Shown: piece after piece, positions 23,628 through 36,695 of the stretch | How the letters are laid out: the number at the start of each line of letters is the position of its first letter | Position numbering within the stretch: the first letter of the stretch is position 1 | NCBI RefSeq assembly: GCF_018350175.1 | Contig: NC_058368.1 | Coordinates: 181,972,001-182,036,000 of the forward strand | Reading direction: 5' to 3' | DNA from: Felis catus | Lineage: Eukaryota | DNA: 64,000 nt | Translations under genes and position numbers: made by a program | Notes under the pieces: model-generated | The model's input: the letters and a program-made list of their open reading frames with translations, nothing else | Told to the model about the DNA's origin: nothing | Databases searched by the model: none

Positions 23628-26600
23628 CTCTTCTACTACATTTTACTCTGGACCACAGAACACACACAACAAAAACAATAGTACTGAGATCAAAGATGGT
23701 GCGTGGCTCACTTTAACACAGCAAACATCTTGGGCTGGGGGATATGTGAAGATTTGCTGATACTCCCCATGCAGAGGGCTTCAAGGAAATGAATGACATT
23801 GGTATGGCCACACAGCATCCTCTGTGACTCACTGGTCTCTACCGCAGTTGTCTGCTTCTTGTTGCACTGTCACCAGAACAATCAGATCCCACAACTTATG
23901 TACTGAAGGGACTAATTAACAAGCATTCAGCATACCACAGTGCGCATCACAGGAGCAAAGAAAGACTCCCAGCACAGTTGTGCACATTCACAATCAGAAG
24001 CCCGAGTGGCTAAGTGTTGCTGCTGGTCTCACCCCTCACCTTCATGCTCCCCTCCACCCAAGAACTTGCGGATGCTCTCAGCTCCCAGAGGTTTCCAGAG
24101 CCAACATCTTTAAAATCCCACAAGTATTTGCCTGTTAACAAAACTGATGGACAAGAAAGCAACCAGAGCTGGTCTTTTAAAATGCATAACTCTGAGCAGG
24201 CTGAGGGAGGGAAAAAAGAGAGGAGCTGCTGCTAAAGGCCAAGGATTCAAGGTTAGAGTCATCCTTGACTATGCTGACTTTATTAAAGAAAAGAACATAG
24301 TTCTCCGATGTGAAGAAACATCTATGAGTTATGGATTGGACTAGCCCTTGTTCACCAGCCTAAGAATTGCAGGAGGAGCCCAGTCTTATGTTTATTCATC
24401 ACTGGCAGATGCTAATACATTTCTGGATCGACATTTGGCAGAAATATGAATAAACACAGAGAATTCACAATCAGATATCAGAGCTAGAAAGCTGAATACT
24501 ACTGATGGATTGATTATGTTTTTGAGCTATTTAGATAATTGGACATACTAAGTACAGAGCTTTCTGCAATGATAATGGACCTGCCCCGTTGTGGTCTATT
24601 TAACAAACACTTGGACTATTTTTTTTTAAAGCTTGTTTACATTCCTGTACATCCTGGCTTTATTGATATTCTGTTCTTTGAATTACAGTGTCACCCTAGC
24701 AACGCTCCAGAGAAAGTTGAGGAGGGCATTATCATTGTTAACCCACGTTTTCAAAGCAAAAGAAAGCAAACCCCTTCCGGGCTGAATCAGGAGCTGGTCT
24801 TTCTTATCACATTACCCCTAAATATGCACCCACATTTGCTTGTTGGTCAAAGATGGGAGTAGCAAGGAGAGGGATGTCTGTAGCTCCAGTTTTTAAACAA
24901 AAGTAGCTTTCTCTGTAAATATTTTACTGCAGATCACTGCCTGACAAGCTCTTCCTCAGGTCTTTCCATGCCTCACATCCTGTCATCCAGGTCTCAGCCC
25001 AAATGCCCCCTCTCAGAAAGTTATCACTCTACATCAAGTAGATTCCCAGTGAATATGCTTTATTTGGTTCTCCTCATAACACTTACTATCTGAATTATTA
25101 TGTCTTTGTTGTCCCCCATGGCTATCTTCCACAACATTCTGTCCTTCCAGTCTAATACTGTGCCTGGGAAGTGGTTGGTATATAATAATTAACGCACATT
25201 TCATGCACTTTTAGGAATGCAGACTCTTAAACAGAACCAGTCCTTTGCTGCAGAACATGCATGGCCAAGTGGCATATAGGTACTCAATTTAGTGGGTGAT
25301 TTTGATTCTCTTTGCAACATGAAATCTAGTGCTTTAAGCAGCATGATTGTGTTGGGCCACGTTATTTGGACAGTCCATTTCTTTTTAGAAATGTATGCCT
25401 GGCTCTGAGTAGATTTTTATGGTCCTGTTAAAAAATTCTATAGCTCTTCTAACTTTCTAAGATCTCCCTGTTGACCACTTCAGTACATCTTGTCTGAGAA
25501 AGGAACGTTGGCATTGGCAACCAAAGTTCTTATAGTGCAGTGCAACCTACAGATGATGTTTTTTATACTCACTTTTAACATTCCCATAGATTCATGTGTG
25601 TCAGTTCTTAACTTAGTAAAACATTCTCCTTGAAATATATCTCAGGTAAAACACTTTTGGCCCTGAAATGGTATCCATGTACCCCATGCACTGTGGAGAT
25701 ACGTATATGGGTTTTGTATGAAGAACAGTTAAAATGCTGGATTGGGGATATATAAATAGTATTATTTACTTCACAGGTATAGAGCTTGATATTCCCAATC
25801 TTTATGGAAGTGAAGGATCCCTTTGATTATCAGATAGCTCCAGGCAATTTTGTCCCCTGGGTATAAGCATAAGAGTCAAATTCAAATTCTACTTTCATAC
25901 CATTTTCCTGCAATTCATAAGCCACTTTATGGACTTGTTAATAACTTACAGTTTATATTTTTGAAATTATAAACAATAGAATGGTGAGATTATTCAGTCT
26001 TGATTTCTTGATTTATTTAGAACATATCTTTGGTCTTTCATGTCATGAAACTTTTAGGTAGCTCTTCCTCCCAAGTAGCAGCACCATTAGCAACTTCCTT
26101 AAACAGCAGAGATGGAGGGGGTGGCCTCTCTGAATCAGTTGCATTTTCAATCTTTGACCCTTAGGCATTTTTGGAATTCAGTTTATTTTTCAATTTCACA
26201 TACAAAAATAAAATAGTGGGAGAAGGTAGGAAGCTACGAATGTTGTTTGAAGTAATCTGACAGATTCCCTGAACATTTGTTTTGTTTTTACATAATCAAT
26301 TTATAAAAAAATTGTCAGTGGTTTGGAGTTGTGGGGTAGCACTCTCTTAATCCCTGTGCTCCTTAGAACTCTAACGGAATGCCACAGTTCAGGTCAATCT
26401 TTATTATGGTGTTAGAGGTGAGTTTCAGAATTTTGATTTCTCTTTTGTTCTCAGAAGAAAGAAAAAAAAACTAAAATTCTTACTGGTTATTATAAAAAAA
26501 AAAAAGACACATAGAAGTTGACCCTGTGGAAGATATGAACTTGTAGGTTGCCTTGGTAATGAGAAACCATTAGACCAATTCTTTTTCAGTGTTAGCTCCA

Positions 26601-26819
26601 CACTTTGAATATGGGAATGGAGGAAAAGGAAGTCAATTGTAAATTGGAGGAGTGGGTAGATGGGAGCCACAAGTAGTGTCTGAGTTTGAAAATAATGCAT
26701 GCAGAGAGAACATGGCTGCTTTCACTTAGATTATATATTTGTTTGAGATGGTTTGTTATAAGCTTCTTTGGGGACTGAACTGATGGAGTCTAATGGGAAG
26801 AAGTCTGTACTAAAATGTA

Positions 26820-26965
26820 GATCACAGTCCCAGTGCAAACCTTAATTTCTTTACATATAAAATGAAGATGATATATATATTTGTCTCCTAATATTGATGT
26901 GAGGATGAAATGACTTAATATATGGAAAGTCCTTAGTGCCTGGCACAGTTAAGAACTATTATCTG
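26820..26965 (+). mobile_element. MIR fragment
   Basis: catataaaatgaagatgata...gtgaggatgaaatgacttaatatatggaaagtccttagtgcctggcacagt. Confidence 0.7.
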
Positions 26966-29900
26966 TTATAATCACCATATTATGAAAGCCCCATCGGCAA
27001 CCCACACCCTAACATTTAAGATTACTCCTGCTCATATGCTCAATTAGGTTACCACTGCTTTATGATGAAATTTATTTATTTTTTGTATTGAATATGGGTA
27101 AATTATCCCATATTAAATGAAAATGGAATTCCTCAAAGAATTTACAGATTTAATAATTGTGCCATTTTCTTTGAAAAGATGTATTACCCAAAGAAACAAC
27201 AACAAAAACTCTAAGCCATATACCAAAGACTCTTAAATGACAATATCGGAATTGAACTTTGAGGAATCATCCTGACTTATTTTATTCAATCACCTTTTTT
27301 TTTGTCTCTTTTCCCTAAACATCTGAACTTTACATTGGGTTTAAATATGAATCAATAGAAGATGAATGAAATATTAGTTTCATCTTTTGACCAAACTTTC
27401 TCATTTAACAGTATTTTCAAAGAATCATTTTTAAAATTACATTTTAAGGCAATTTTCCCACTTGTATTATGTTTTTGAAGTTCATTGTTCTTGGGAGGTG
27501 AAAGATTCCAAATGCTATAAAGCAAAATGTCACACTGCAAGTTGTAGCAAGGGTAATAAACTTGACTTTTTCTTGTAGCGCATTTCAATTAGGTACTTCG
27601 CTACCTGGGGCATAAGGATTACTGCATTTCCTTTTGCCAGTGAATGGTACAACTGTTGAATCATGTGCATATAAGTATCAATTAATGACACAAATAAACA
27701 AAGGCAAAAGTGTGGTCTTCAAGAAAACAAATTATATGAATGAATAAATTTTTAACTTAGATTCTGGCAGTCTTATGACAAATCCAAAATATTTAATTTT
27801 CCCCAGATAAGTTTCCTCCATCTTCATTGTGGAAATTAAATCTGCTTTATTCTGCTCTTAAAATACAAGTGAGAAACAAGGCCCCTATTGTGGAACACTT
27901 GTGTTAGCAAAGTTATTGGCTGCCACAAAACATTTTTATGTAAGTTAATGGGGGCTTATAAGTAATATTTACTTATTTAGTGACAAATTTGCTTTCAGAC
28001 CAAAATATGTCTAATTGCCAAAAGTCAGAATAATCCATTAGCATGTAATCAGGTCAGGAGAGAAAGGATTGACAGAACCTGCAAGACTTCCCAGTGGAAT
28101 GATGGCTCAATGTATCCTGGACAAAGAATGTGAATTCCCTAACTGACAAAAATAAATTGTATAGAAACTAACTTGTAAAGCACAAAAGTCAACGAGCAAA
28201 GCAGCTTTAGTGGAAAATGAAAAAAAAAGATTATTTTATGATTTGCATGACGGATTAATAATAAAAAAAACTCTTTCCAAAAGATGAGGCATCTGATGTA
28301 ATTTTGTATCTCAGGATTAAAAGATAAAATACACAACGAAAATTCATCTAAAAATTTGCTTACATAAGGTGATTCACAATCATGTAATCCTTTTCAACCC
28401 ATATAATTGCAACATTGGAAATATTAAGCTTACAAATCTCAAATATTAAAATTATGGAAGATTCAGGCACCTACTATATATCTAATAAATTATAGAAGAA
28501 AAACTAAAACTACCAAAACATTAGAAAATATACATTACTGTGTGCAAATGAAAATATTAACTTATTTCTCTGACTGAGCCAAATAACAAATAGTCTACTC
28601 TATGTATACAGAGAGGCCAAAATTTTCCATCACTTGCTCTTGCCTTTAAGTGTATAAACATAAATGTTTATCAGTTTCCAAACCTCTGTCCTCCGATCAG
28701 AGAAGTAGACTCATGATAATTTAGGTGAGTTAGATTTACATAGCACTTTCTCAGTTTGTAAAACAGGTTTAATTTTCAATACAATTTGATTTCATATTTA
28801 AAACAACCTTATAAAATAGCTGGCATCAGTATTAGCAGCACCATTTAAATGACAGAGGGAAATGAACTTGGATGATGCACAGTGATTTGTCCAAGGTTCT
28901 GAAACTAGGAAGAGTCAGGATTTCTCATGCCGGATTTTCATGTGGTTTTATTGTGCTAGACACATAAATATAGACATATACACACAGGTAATTAAATAAG
29001 ATGTATGAAATTCTGATTTGAGCTGCTTCTTCCTTTTTCTGAGCTTCCATTTGGAATGGTGTTGCATTGATATACATGGGCATTTTAAAATGCTTGATTT
29101 TTATACTAAATTAATTTCTTTTTTTTGTAAAGCTTTCAATGAATATTGTATGAACCTGAGGCGAAGATACAGAATCAGTTTTAAGATTATTTTGCATAAC
29201 ACATTTGCACAATGTAAGTAATACTACCCAGAAGGGAAAAGAGCATTTGATAACATGGTGTGCTACCTTTCAAGATTTCAGCTTTGGTCTGCTCTTGGTG
29301 TCATGTATAACCAGCAAGGCCATTTTCTAAAACTGAAATGTCTTACACACATTAGCTGAGGGAATGATGAATTCCATTTTGAAAAAGGTACAGTGGGTTT
29401 CAAATGCCACTTCTGAACCATTCCTTAATTGCCTATCTAAGAAAAGATTCAATTGGAAAAAAAAAAGGATAAATTTAAAATTGAATAGCTGGAGAATACT
29501 TAGATATGTAGGTGATACTGAACATCTTTTAAAAATCTTTAAAAAAATATAAATGTGCCTAATTGTGTTAACCATGAATTTATATGAGAAAAGAAGAAAA
29601 AAAGGCTTATCAATTTTTGGCATCAAGAGAAAAAATTCTGCCTTGGGGCAGAGTCTGCCTTTCTTATGCAAAATAGGAAGGCTAGAGGGAGTACGTAGGA
29701 GGTAGGTTTTTCCTGTCTGAGCCAGTTCATCAGTCATTCTTTTCCTCTGCCTAAAGAACTATGCTCTTTATTTGGATGCGTCTATTGTCCTTACTAACAG
29801 GAGGGGTAAGCAGTTGAATGCTGTGTGACTAGCACCCCTACTTTTCCCTCCTGCCTTGGAAATTTCTAAACACAATTTCCATGACATAATTAATTGTTAA

Positions 29901-30979
29901 TCCATCTGTTTCCAGATGGGATGTATGTCACACCACTGTAGCCTGAGTAAAAGAAGGCACTCAAATATCTATCTGTTCAATGAATGTTGTGAATCATCAT
30001 AATAGATACTTACACAACATCTGCTTTCTACTTTTTAAAAATGTTATTATTTTATTTTTTTATCGAAACTTCTGTTTAACTTTTAACTCTCTTCTCCCTA
30101 TCACCATCATCACTAGCTGACTGCATTCTCCCTATCTTACTCATTTTATCCTGGCCCATGGTAAATCATCATAAACATGGCATGAATAACCATTCTTCCC
30201 ATTGTGTAGATGGGCTCTAAATGTTCCTTATGGGTCCTTAAAAGTGTGTTTAAAAGTTTCAAACTATCCTCCTCAAGAGTAGGGTTGATATTTTTTAATC
30301 CTCAATTGTGTCAAATACTGGTCTGAATTTTGCACCTTAGCTCCCTCAATAGAGACCTGGTTTTAAAATATTCTCAGGTGTCATCAGCATAGCCAAAAAT
30401 ACTGTTTAAAATCAGTTCACACCCCCTATAACATGGTCTAGGGGGAATCTTAGCTTCTAACTCCCATTCAGCACATTCTACATCACATAGTCAAAACTAG
30501 GCCTGGAGTAAATTGTGCACAAAGGAGACCTAAAGAGGTGATTATTTCATTTTATGCACTTTTCCAATTACTGTCTTCCCCACACAGTCAGGGGTACAGT
30601 TCTCTGAAGTGAAAATGGCAATGTCTGTACTTCTATGATTTAGAAGCCTGTTTGACCTTCATGCTGGTTTGCACCAACTCTCTGATTCCAGAGGAAACTC
30701 ATTCTTTACCAGCTGGTTTAGCCTCACAGTAAGTGAGATTGTCGAAAGTGAGCATTATCTTTCTACCTTTACCTTACACTTTACTTTCCCGTAGCACTTA
30801 CTCTATGGAAAGGGACCTCAAAGCTGTTTGCAATTAGAAAGTTACTTGGAACAGTATCCTGGAAGTTCAGAAGTTTGGTTAAACACATGACCATTATTAT
30901 TCAATGTTATTAATAACCTAGATATTGAGCTCCTACTGTGACCACTGACACTATATATGTAAAAGCTCGTTTAACTTAA

Positions 30980-31181
30980 CTTTATTTTTTAAATTGTTTT
31001 TAAATGTTTATTTTTGAGAGAGAGAGCACGTGCACTCATACACACAAGTTGGGAATGGGCAGAGAGAGACACAGAATGCAAAGCAGGCTCCAGACTCTGA
31101 GCTGTTGGCACAGAGCCCAACTCGGGGCTTGCGTGAGATTATGACCTGAGTTCAAAGTCAGATGCTCAACTCAGGTGCCCC
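30980..31181 (-). mobile_element. SINEC inserted in a MIR
   Basis: gcaggctccagactctgagctgttggcacagagccc; ends ggtgcccc; TSD-like gtttaac. Confidence 0.92.
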
Positions 31182-31589
31182 TCAGTTTAACCCTTTAAAA
31201 CAAGCTTAAGAGGGAACATTATAAGACTGGGGAAGTTAAGTACATTTCCAGAGCCCACACAAATAGAAAATGTCAGTGGCAAGAGAGCAAGGATTAGAAC
31301 CTACATCTGAGTTCCTCCAAAGCTTTTATCTATTCCTACTTCACACCAGTGCTTCACCCCCAATAGCTGTTATTTCCATAGATATACTCCCTACAACCAC
31401 ATGCCTGATTTAATAAGCATGAGTGACTATAACTGCTACTTAATTCCCACAAACCAGGACTCTGTAAACTAGGTTTCACTTCGTGAATCCTTAGAGTCAA
31501 GGAGAGGATTTGGTCAGGAGGATGAGAAGTGCCCACAGGTGGGAGCTAGGTAGGTTGTACAACACTGATGGTTCATGATAACAACAATC

Positions 31590-32540
31590 ACTAGCATTTC
31601 TTGAGCACGTGCTGTGTATCCAACACCAATATAAATGCTTTCTGCACACTATTTCAATTAATTTGTAATATACATTTATGAGATGTCAATTCCTTCATTC
31701 ACTTATTCCTTAACTGAACAAATATTTATTAAGCAAGAGCCTAGTATGTTCCAGGTACTCCTCTAAGTATCCAGGAAACAGGACTGAACAAGGCAGAGAA
31801 GGTTTTTGCTTACCTTCCATTTGGGAGAGACAGAAAATAAACAAACAAATGAATGAGCCAGATAATTTAAATCAGTGATCTATGCTCTGGGAAAAACTAA
31901 ACAAGGTCACGTGCCAGACAGTAAATGGGAGGGAACTCTTTAGATGGGTGGTCTGAGAAAGCCGTGGTGGCATCTGAGCTCAAGTATGAAAGTTTTAAGG
32001 AGCCAGCCACAGGAAAAAGAGAAAAGAGGGATTTGGGCACAAACACATGTGGGGAAAATAAGTGTCACATGTTAGAAAATAGAAAGAAATCCAGTACAGT
32101 TGGAGCAGGGTCACAGAGGGGACAGAGCCAAATCATCCATAGTCTTACAGACTTGGATGGGGATTTAGTTTATTCTGAGTAAATGGGAAATCATTAGAAA
32201 GTCCTATGTAGAGGAGTAACGTTATTTACCATTTCAAAAGATCACCTGGCTATTCAGCAGGGACCAGTGCTAGAAGGGGCAAGGAGGGCTGCAAAAAATG
32301 AAAACAGGGAATAGCACAGGGCACAAAAAGCATGGATTTCCATGAGATGGTGATAACTTGTTTTGGGGCAACACTCTGAAAATAGATATTGTTATTCTCT
32401 TGCTTTATAAGAGAGGAAATTGAGACTTCAAGTGATACCAGGATTTGCTCAAATTTCTACATCAAGTGTGGAGGTTGAGATCACAGCCTCATTAGTCTGA
32501 CTCCAGAACCCCCATTCTTACATACTATACTGCCTCCCAG
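31590..32540 (-). mobile_element. MIR split by an L2 fragment (L2 ~31693-32300)
   Basis: MIR pieces ctagcatttcttgagcacg... and gaggaaattgagacttc...ctgactccagaac...ctatactgcctc flank L2 aacaaatatttattaagc...tatgttccaggtac. Confidence 0.7.
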
Positions 32541-33704
32541 AGTGGAACAGGAGAGAGCCATTTCTGCTTCCTGGCTTCCCTTGTGTGCTGAGTATTCCAT
32601 CAAACCGCAGAAAGAGTGTGGCCATTGTGATAGTGTTTGCATATATCGGGTGAAAGAAGTTAACAGTACTATTAGAACATTATCTCCATTTATTGGTTAA
32701 TAAGTCAACCTAAAACAATTTCCATTGCACAGAATTTGCTTTTCTTATCTATTCTCCTCTCACAGAAGTTTTTCTTAATCAGAGACAAAGAGTAGCCTGA
32801 TCTTTTACCTCAGCAGACATATTTGTTCTTCAGATACATTGTCCATTATGACAACGAGAATGCAGGGTGCTGCACATGTACCTCCAGCACAACAACAGAG
32901 AAAGTTCAATAAAGCTGACTCTGAAAAGTCTTATGTGTATAGAGAAAGAAATGAATTGAGTCTGAAAAAAAGCACCTCTTACCATATGACCCAACTCTCA
33001 TCATTTACACTGATGAAGGCTTATAACCTCTAGATTCATATTCTTCATTTCCTGTGCAGTGGTCCTTCAATTTCCTAGCCTGTAGGTCTTCTGGGTCACA
33101 CCCTTTTAAACCTCAGTACCCAGAGCTGGCTGCACAAGCCATTGACCTCTACGGTTCTCTTAACCAATCTCTCTATAATTCTCCTAAGTGAATAATTCTT
33201 TACTGCAAGTGCAGTGCTTTCTTTAAGCCTCCAAGAAACAGTTAATGCTGGTGATTAATTCCCCTTTCCTATATACTCACTTCAAAGACACTCGCCCTTA
33301 GTGGGTTCCATAGTTTATTATCTCTTCTTTGAAGCCAGCAAAGTTTAGTTTGCTTTAAGATAATAGTTCTCTCTCTTGAATATTAATGAAGAAGCTCAAG
33401 TTTGAAACACATTAGGGTAAGTATCATAAAAAGCAATTGAGGCTGCATAATATGCTAACTTTATTCCAACACATTGTTTGAGCCAGGAAGTATTCATTGA
33501 GTGCCTACTGTATGCTACTCGCTATGAAGTATGTTTTTAAGACTTCATTTAGAGTTAAGAATTAGGATACATATTTTAATTGGTAATTAAATGCATAGCA
33601 CAGTAAGTGCCAAATGAAGGATATAAACTATTACTGAAATTATCAAGGAGAACTCTTAATGGAGTTAAGACCAGATTAGGATCGTCAAGGTGGATAGGGG
33701 ACAT

Positions 33705-34155
33705 GCAGGCACTATTAACTGCTCCCTGGATCCAATCTCTCTCTGTTCTGTTCAGAAATAAAACTCCCAGTTAGAGACAGTCCCAGTTAGAGACCTTATC
33801 TCCATTTATTGGTTAATAAGTCAACTTAAAAATGTGACTATATTTTGGTCACTGAGATGTGTATGACTTTTAAAGGATGTTGTTTGTCTTCTACCTCCTC
33901 TCTTTCTCAATCCGAAAGGCTGGACTGTGGTCATAGAGCTGATTAGCTAGTTTGACCAAGCGTAAAGACAACACCTCTAGAAGGTTGTATAACAGTCAGA
34001 TGGGAGGATACCAGGAGGATACCTGAATGAATGATCTTACAGAACCACAACTTACTGAATTATCCACCTACCTCCAGATTGCTATAGGAGTGATAAATGT
34101 AACTTCTGTATTGTTAGAGCCATTGCATTTGCACTCCTCTGGTTTATATTGACCC
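33705..34155 (+). mobile_element. MLT1 (J/K-like) LTR within L2
   Basis: ttcagaaataaaactccc...tgtgactatattttggtcactgagatgtg...cacctacctccagattgct...ttagagccattgcattt. Confidence 0.65.
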
Positions 34156-34318
34156 AGATTCTACCATAACAGATAAAGGGATGAGGAGATGAAGCATTCA
34201 GCTAATGCTTACTGGATTGTATTTAGATAAGAGGAAGGAGGAGTTAGCAGAGTGAACTCATGTCAGGAATTAGGAATATTCAAGCTAAAATACTAACCCA
34301 ACAGCCTAAGAAGCTATT

Positions 34319-34528
34319 TTTTTTATAATTTTTTTAACGTTTATTTATTTTTTGAGACAGAGCATGAATGGGGGAGGGGCAGAGACAGAGGGAGACACAG
34401 AATCGGAAGCAGGCTCCAGGCTCTGAGCCATCAGCCCAGAGCCCGACGCGGGGCTCGAACTCAGGACCGCGAGATCGTGACCTGAGCTGGAGTCGGACGC
34501 TTAACCGACAGAGCCACCCAGGCGCCTC
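34319..34528 (-). mobile_element. Young SINEC_Fc
   Basis: CpG-rich; perfect TSD taagaagctatt at 34307 and 34531. Confidence 0.97.
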
Positions 34529-35267
34529 AGTAAGAAGCTATTAAATAAGACAGATTAACTGGCCAGAGGATCTATGGACTTGTATCTTCGAAGAAGAAAA
34601 AGCAAGAGGGAGAATACAAAAGAAGAGAATATGAAGGAGAAGAGAAGGAAGAAAAACAAAAGGAAGAGAGGTGTCAGAGAATTATTTATAAGATCACTGT
34701 GTACAATCTACCGTGTTTATAGGATGAGCTTGCAGTGGGGGAATTACTAAATTCTGGACCAAACAGTAGACCATAAAATCACTCTTACCAGGTAGTTCTC
34801 TAAGGAACTTCTACAATCAGATTCTACAATGCAGTGTGTTCAAATCCTGAGTAGAAAGGATTTCTTGCAAACAGAAGCATCTCATTCCTGTTTGGTTTGG
34901 GCAGTGAAATAATGGTTAAAGAACTCAGGGGAAATGATAGGAGATGAGTTTGCAAAGAGATTTGGATGTCAGAATTGGCCTCTGCAAGAAATGAAAAGCT
35001 CTGGAATAGTTTCTTGGTTTAGAACTGGCAGAATCAGAGCAATTTCTTAGAGTGGTTTATTAATCTAACAAATCTTTATTGCAGTTTTACTACATGGCAA
35101 GCATGTTGAGATTAATTTGATTGTGGTCACACAGAATAGATACAGACTTCTCCAATATAAGCATCCTCATGTCAGAAGGCAGTGAATGGGCATTCTGGGT
35201 AATTAAAAATTTTGTAGCCCTAGTCATTAAAAATTAAAATTAAGTACTTAAAAAGTAGTCATTTTTA

Positions 35268-35482
35268 GGGCACCTGGGTGACTCAGTCAGTTGAGCATCT
35301 GACTTCGGCTCAGGTCATGATCTCGCAATTCGTAAGTTTGAGCCCTGTGTCGGGGTCTTGTGCTGACAGCTCAGAGCCTGAAGCCTGCTTCAGACTCTGT
35401 GTCACCCTCTCTCTCTGCCCCTTCCCCGCTCATGCTCTCTCTCTGTCTCTCAAAAATGAATAAACATTTAAAAAAAATTTTT
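35268..35482 (+). mobile_element. SINEC
   Basis: gggcacctgggtgactcagtc...; TSD agtcattttt. Confidence 0.95.
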
Positions 35483-35877
35483 AAAGTCATTTTTGTTTTA
35501 ACCTAAAATATTATTTTCGATAACCACTGATGCTACAACATATGTCATATTTTAACAGCAGTTTCCAGTCCCTAGTTGGCATATTTTCTTGTGCCCTGGG
35601 TCACAATGAGGCCAATTTCTATGTTGGGGTCAAGTATGAAGTCACCTTTTATTTGGGATATATAGGAGCCTCTACAAAGAATGCAGGAAGAGACCACTTT
35701 GTCTCTGTGTCTCTTAGTCTTATTTTCACAATGTTTATTCTACACGCTTTTGCTATGGTCTCCACAACTATCATGTCATCATATACCTTTAATTGAAAAA
35801 ATAGACCACTGCTCCTGCTGTTTTCCTCATTAATGCTAGTGATCCCAGCTGGCCACTTGGAGAAAAAAATGGTGGGA

Positions 35878-36333
35878 TGAAATAGTGAGTTGAAGTGCTT
35901 TTCTAGAATTCAAATCTACTCAGAACCTCAGAATGTGACCTGATTAGAAAATAATATCTTTAAAGAGATAATTAGTTAGTTAAGATTAGGTCATACTGGA
36001 TTAGGGGAGACCCTGAATCCAATGACTGATGTCTAAGAAGACACACAGGGAAACACAGAGACACAGAAGAGGCAAAGACACAAAGAAGACGTGAAGATGG
36101 AGGCAGAGACTGGAGTGATGCATGTACAAACCAAGAAACAAAAAGAAATGCTGGGAGGCACCAGAAGAAACACATAGGCAATGAAGGGTTCTTCCTCAGA
36201 GCCCTCAGAGGGAATGTGGTCCTGCTGACACTAATTTCAAACTTCCAAACTCCAGAATTATAAGAGAATACATTTCTGTGGTTTTAAGCAACACAGTTGT
36301 GATAATCTGTATGGCAGCTCAAGGACCAATACA
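35878..36333 (+). mobile_element. MLT1C-like solo LTR
   Basis: gaacctcagaatgtgacc...aggtcatactggattagg...gaagatggaggcagagactggagtgatgc...ggcagctcaaggaccaataca. Confidence 0.9.
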
Positions 36334-36479
36334 GAGCAGGAGAAAGAAGGATGGGCATGGATGCTCCCAAGAAAAATGAGTCCTTAGCTAAAGATGCTTC
36401 AGTTGTGAGGCTATAGGGGCTTGGACGCTGTAACAGAATGCAAATAAAGGGGTTAAATTCAGGTAGGTTCAATGTATTT

Positions 36480-36695
36480 ATTTTATTTTTTAACGTTTAT
36501 TCATTTTTGAGAGAGAGAGAGGGAGAGACATAGCATGAGTGGGGGAGGGGCAGGTTGAGAGGGAGACACAGAATCCAAATCAGGATCCAGGCTCCCAGCT
36601 GTCAGCACAGAGCCCAACACAGGGCCCACAAGGCATGAGATCATGACCTGAGCTGAAGTCAGATGCCCAACTGACTGAGTCACCCAGGCACCTGG
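36480..36695 (-). mobile_element. SINEC
   Basis: TSD tcaatgtattt at 36469 and 36698. Confidence 0.95.

Noticed and set aside
23840..24020. Possible internal exon after a pyrimidine-rich CAG
   Set aside because: No canonical GT donor at a plausible position and no recognisable peptide
29327..29737. Longest ORF in the track (136 aa)
   Set aside because: AT-rich, F/L/K/I-biased, no domain or exon signals; compatible with chance in 64 kb
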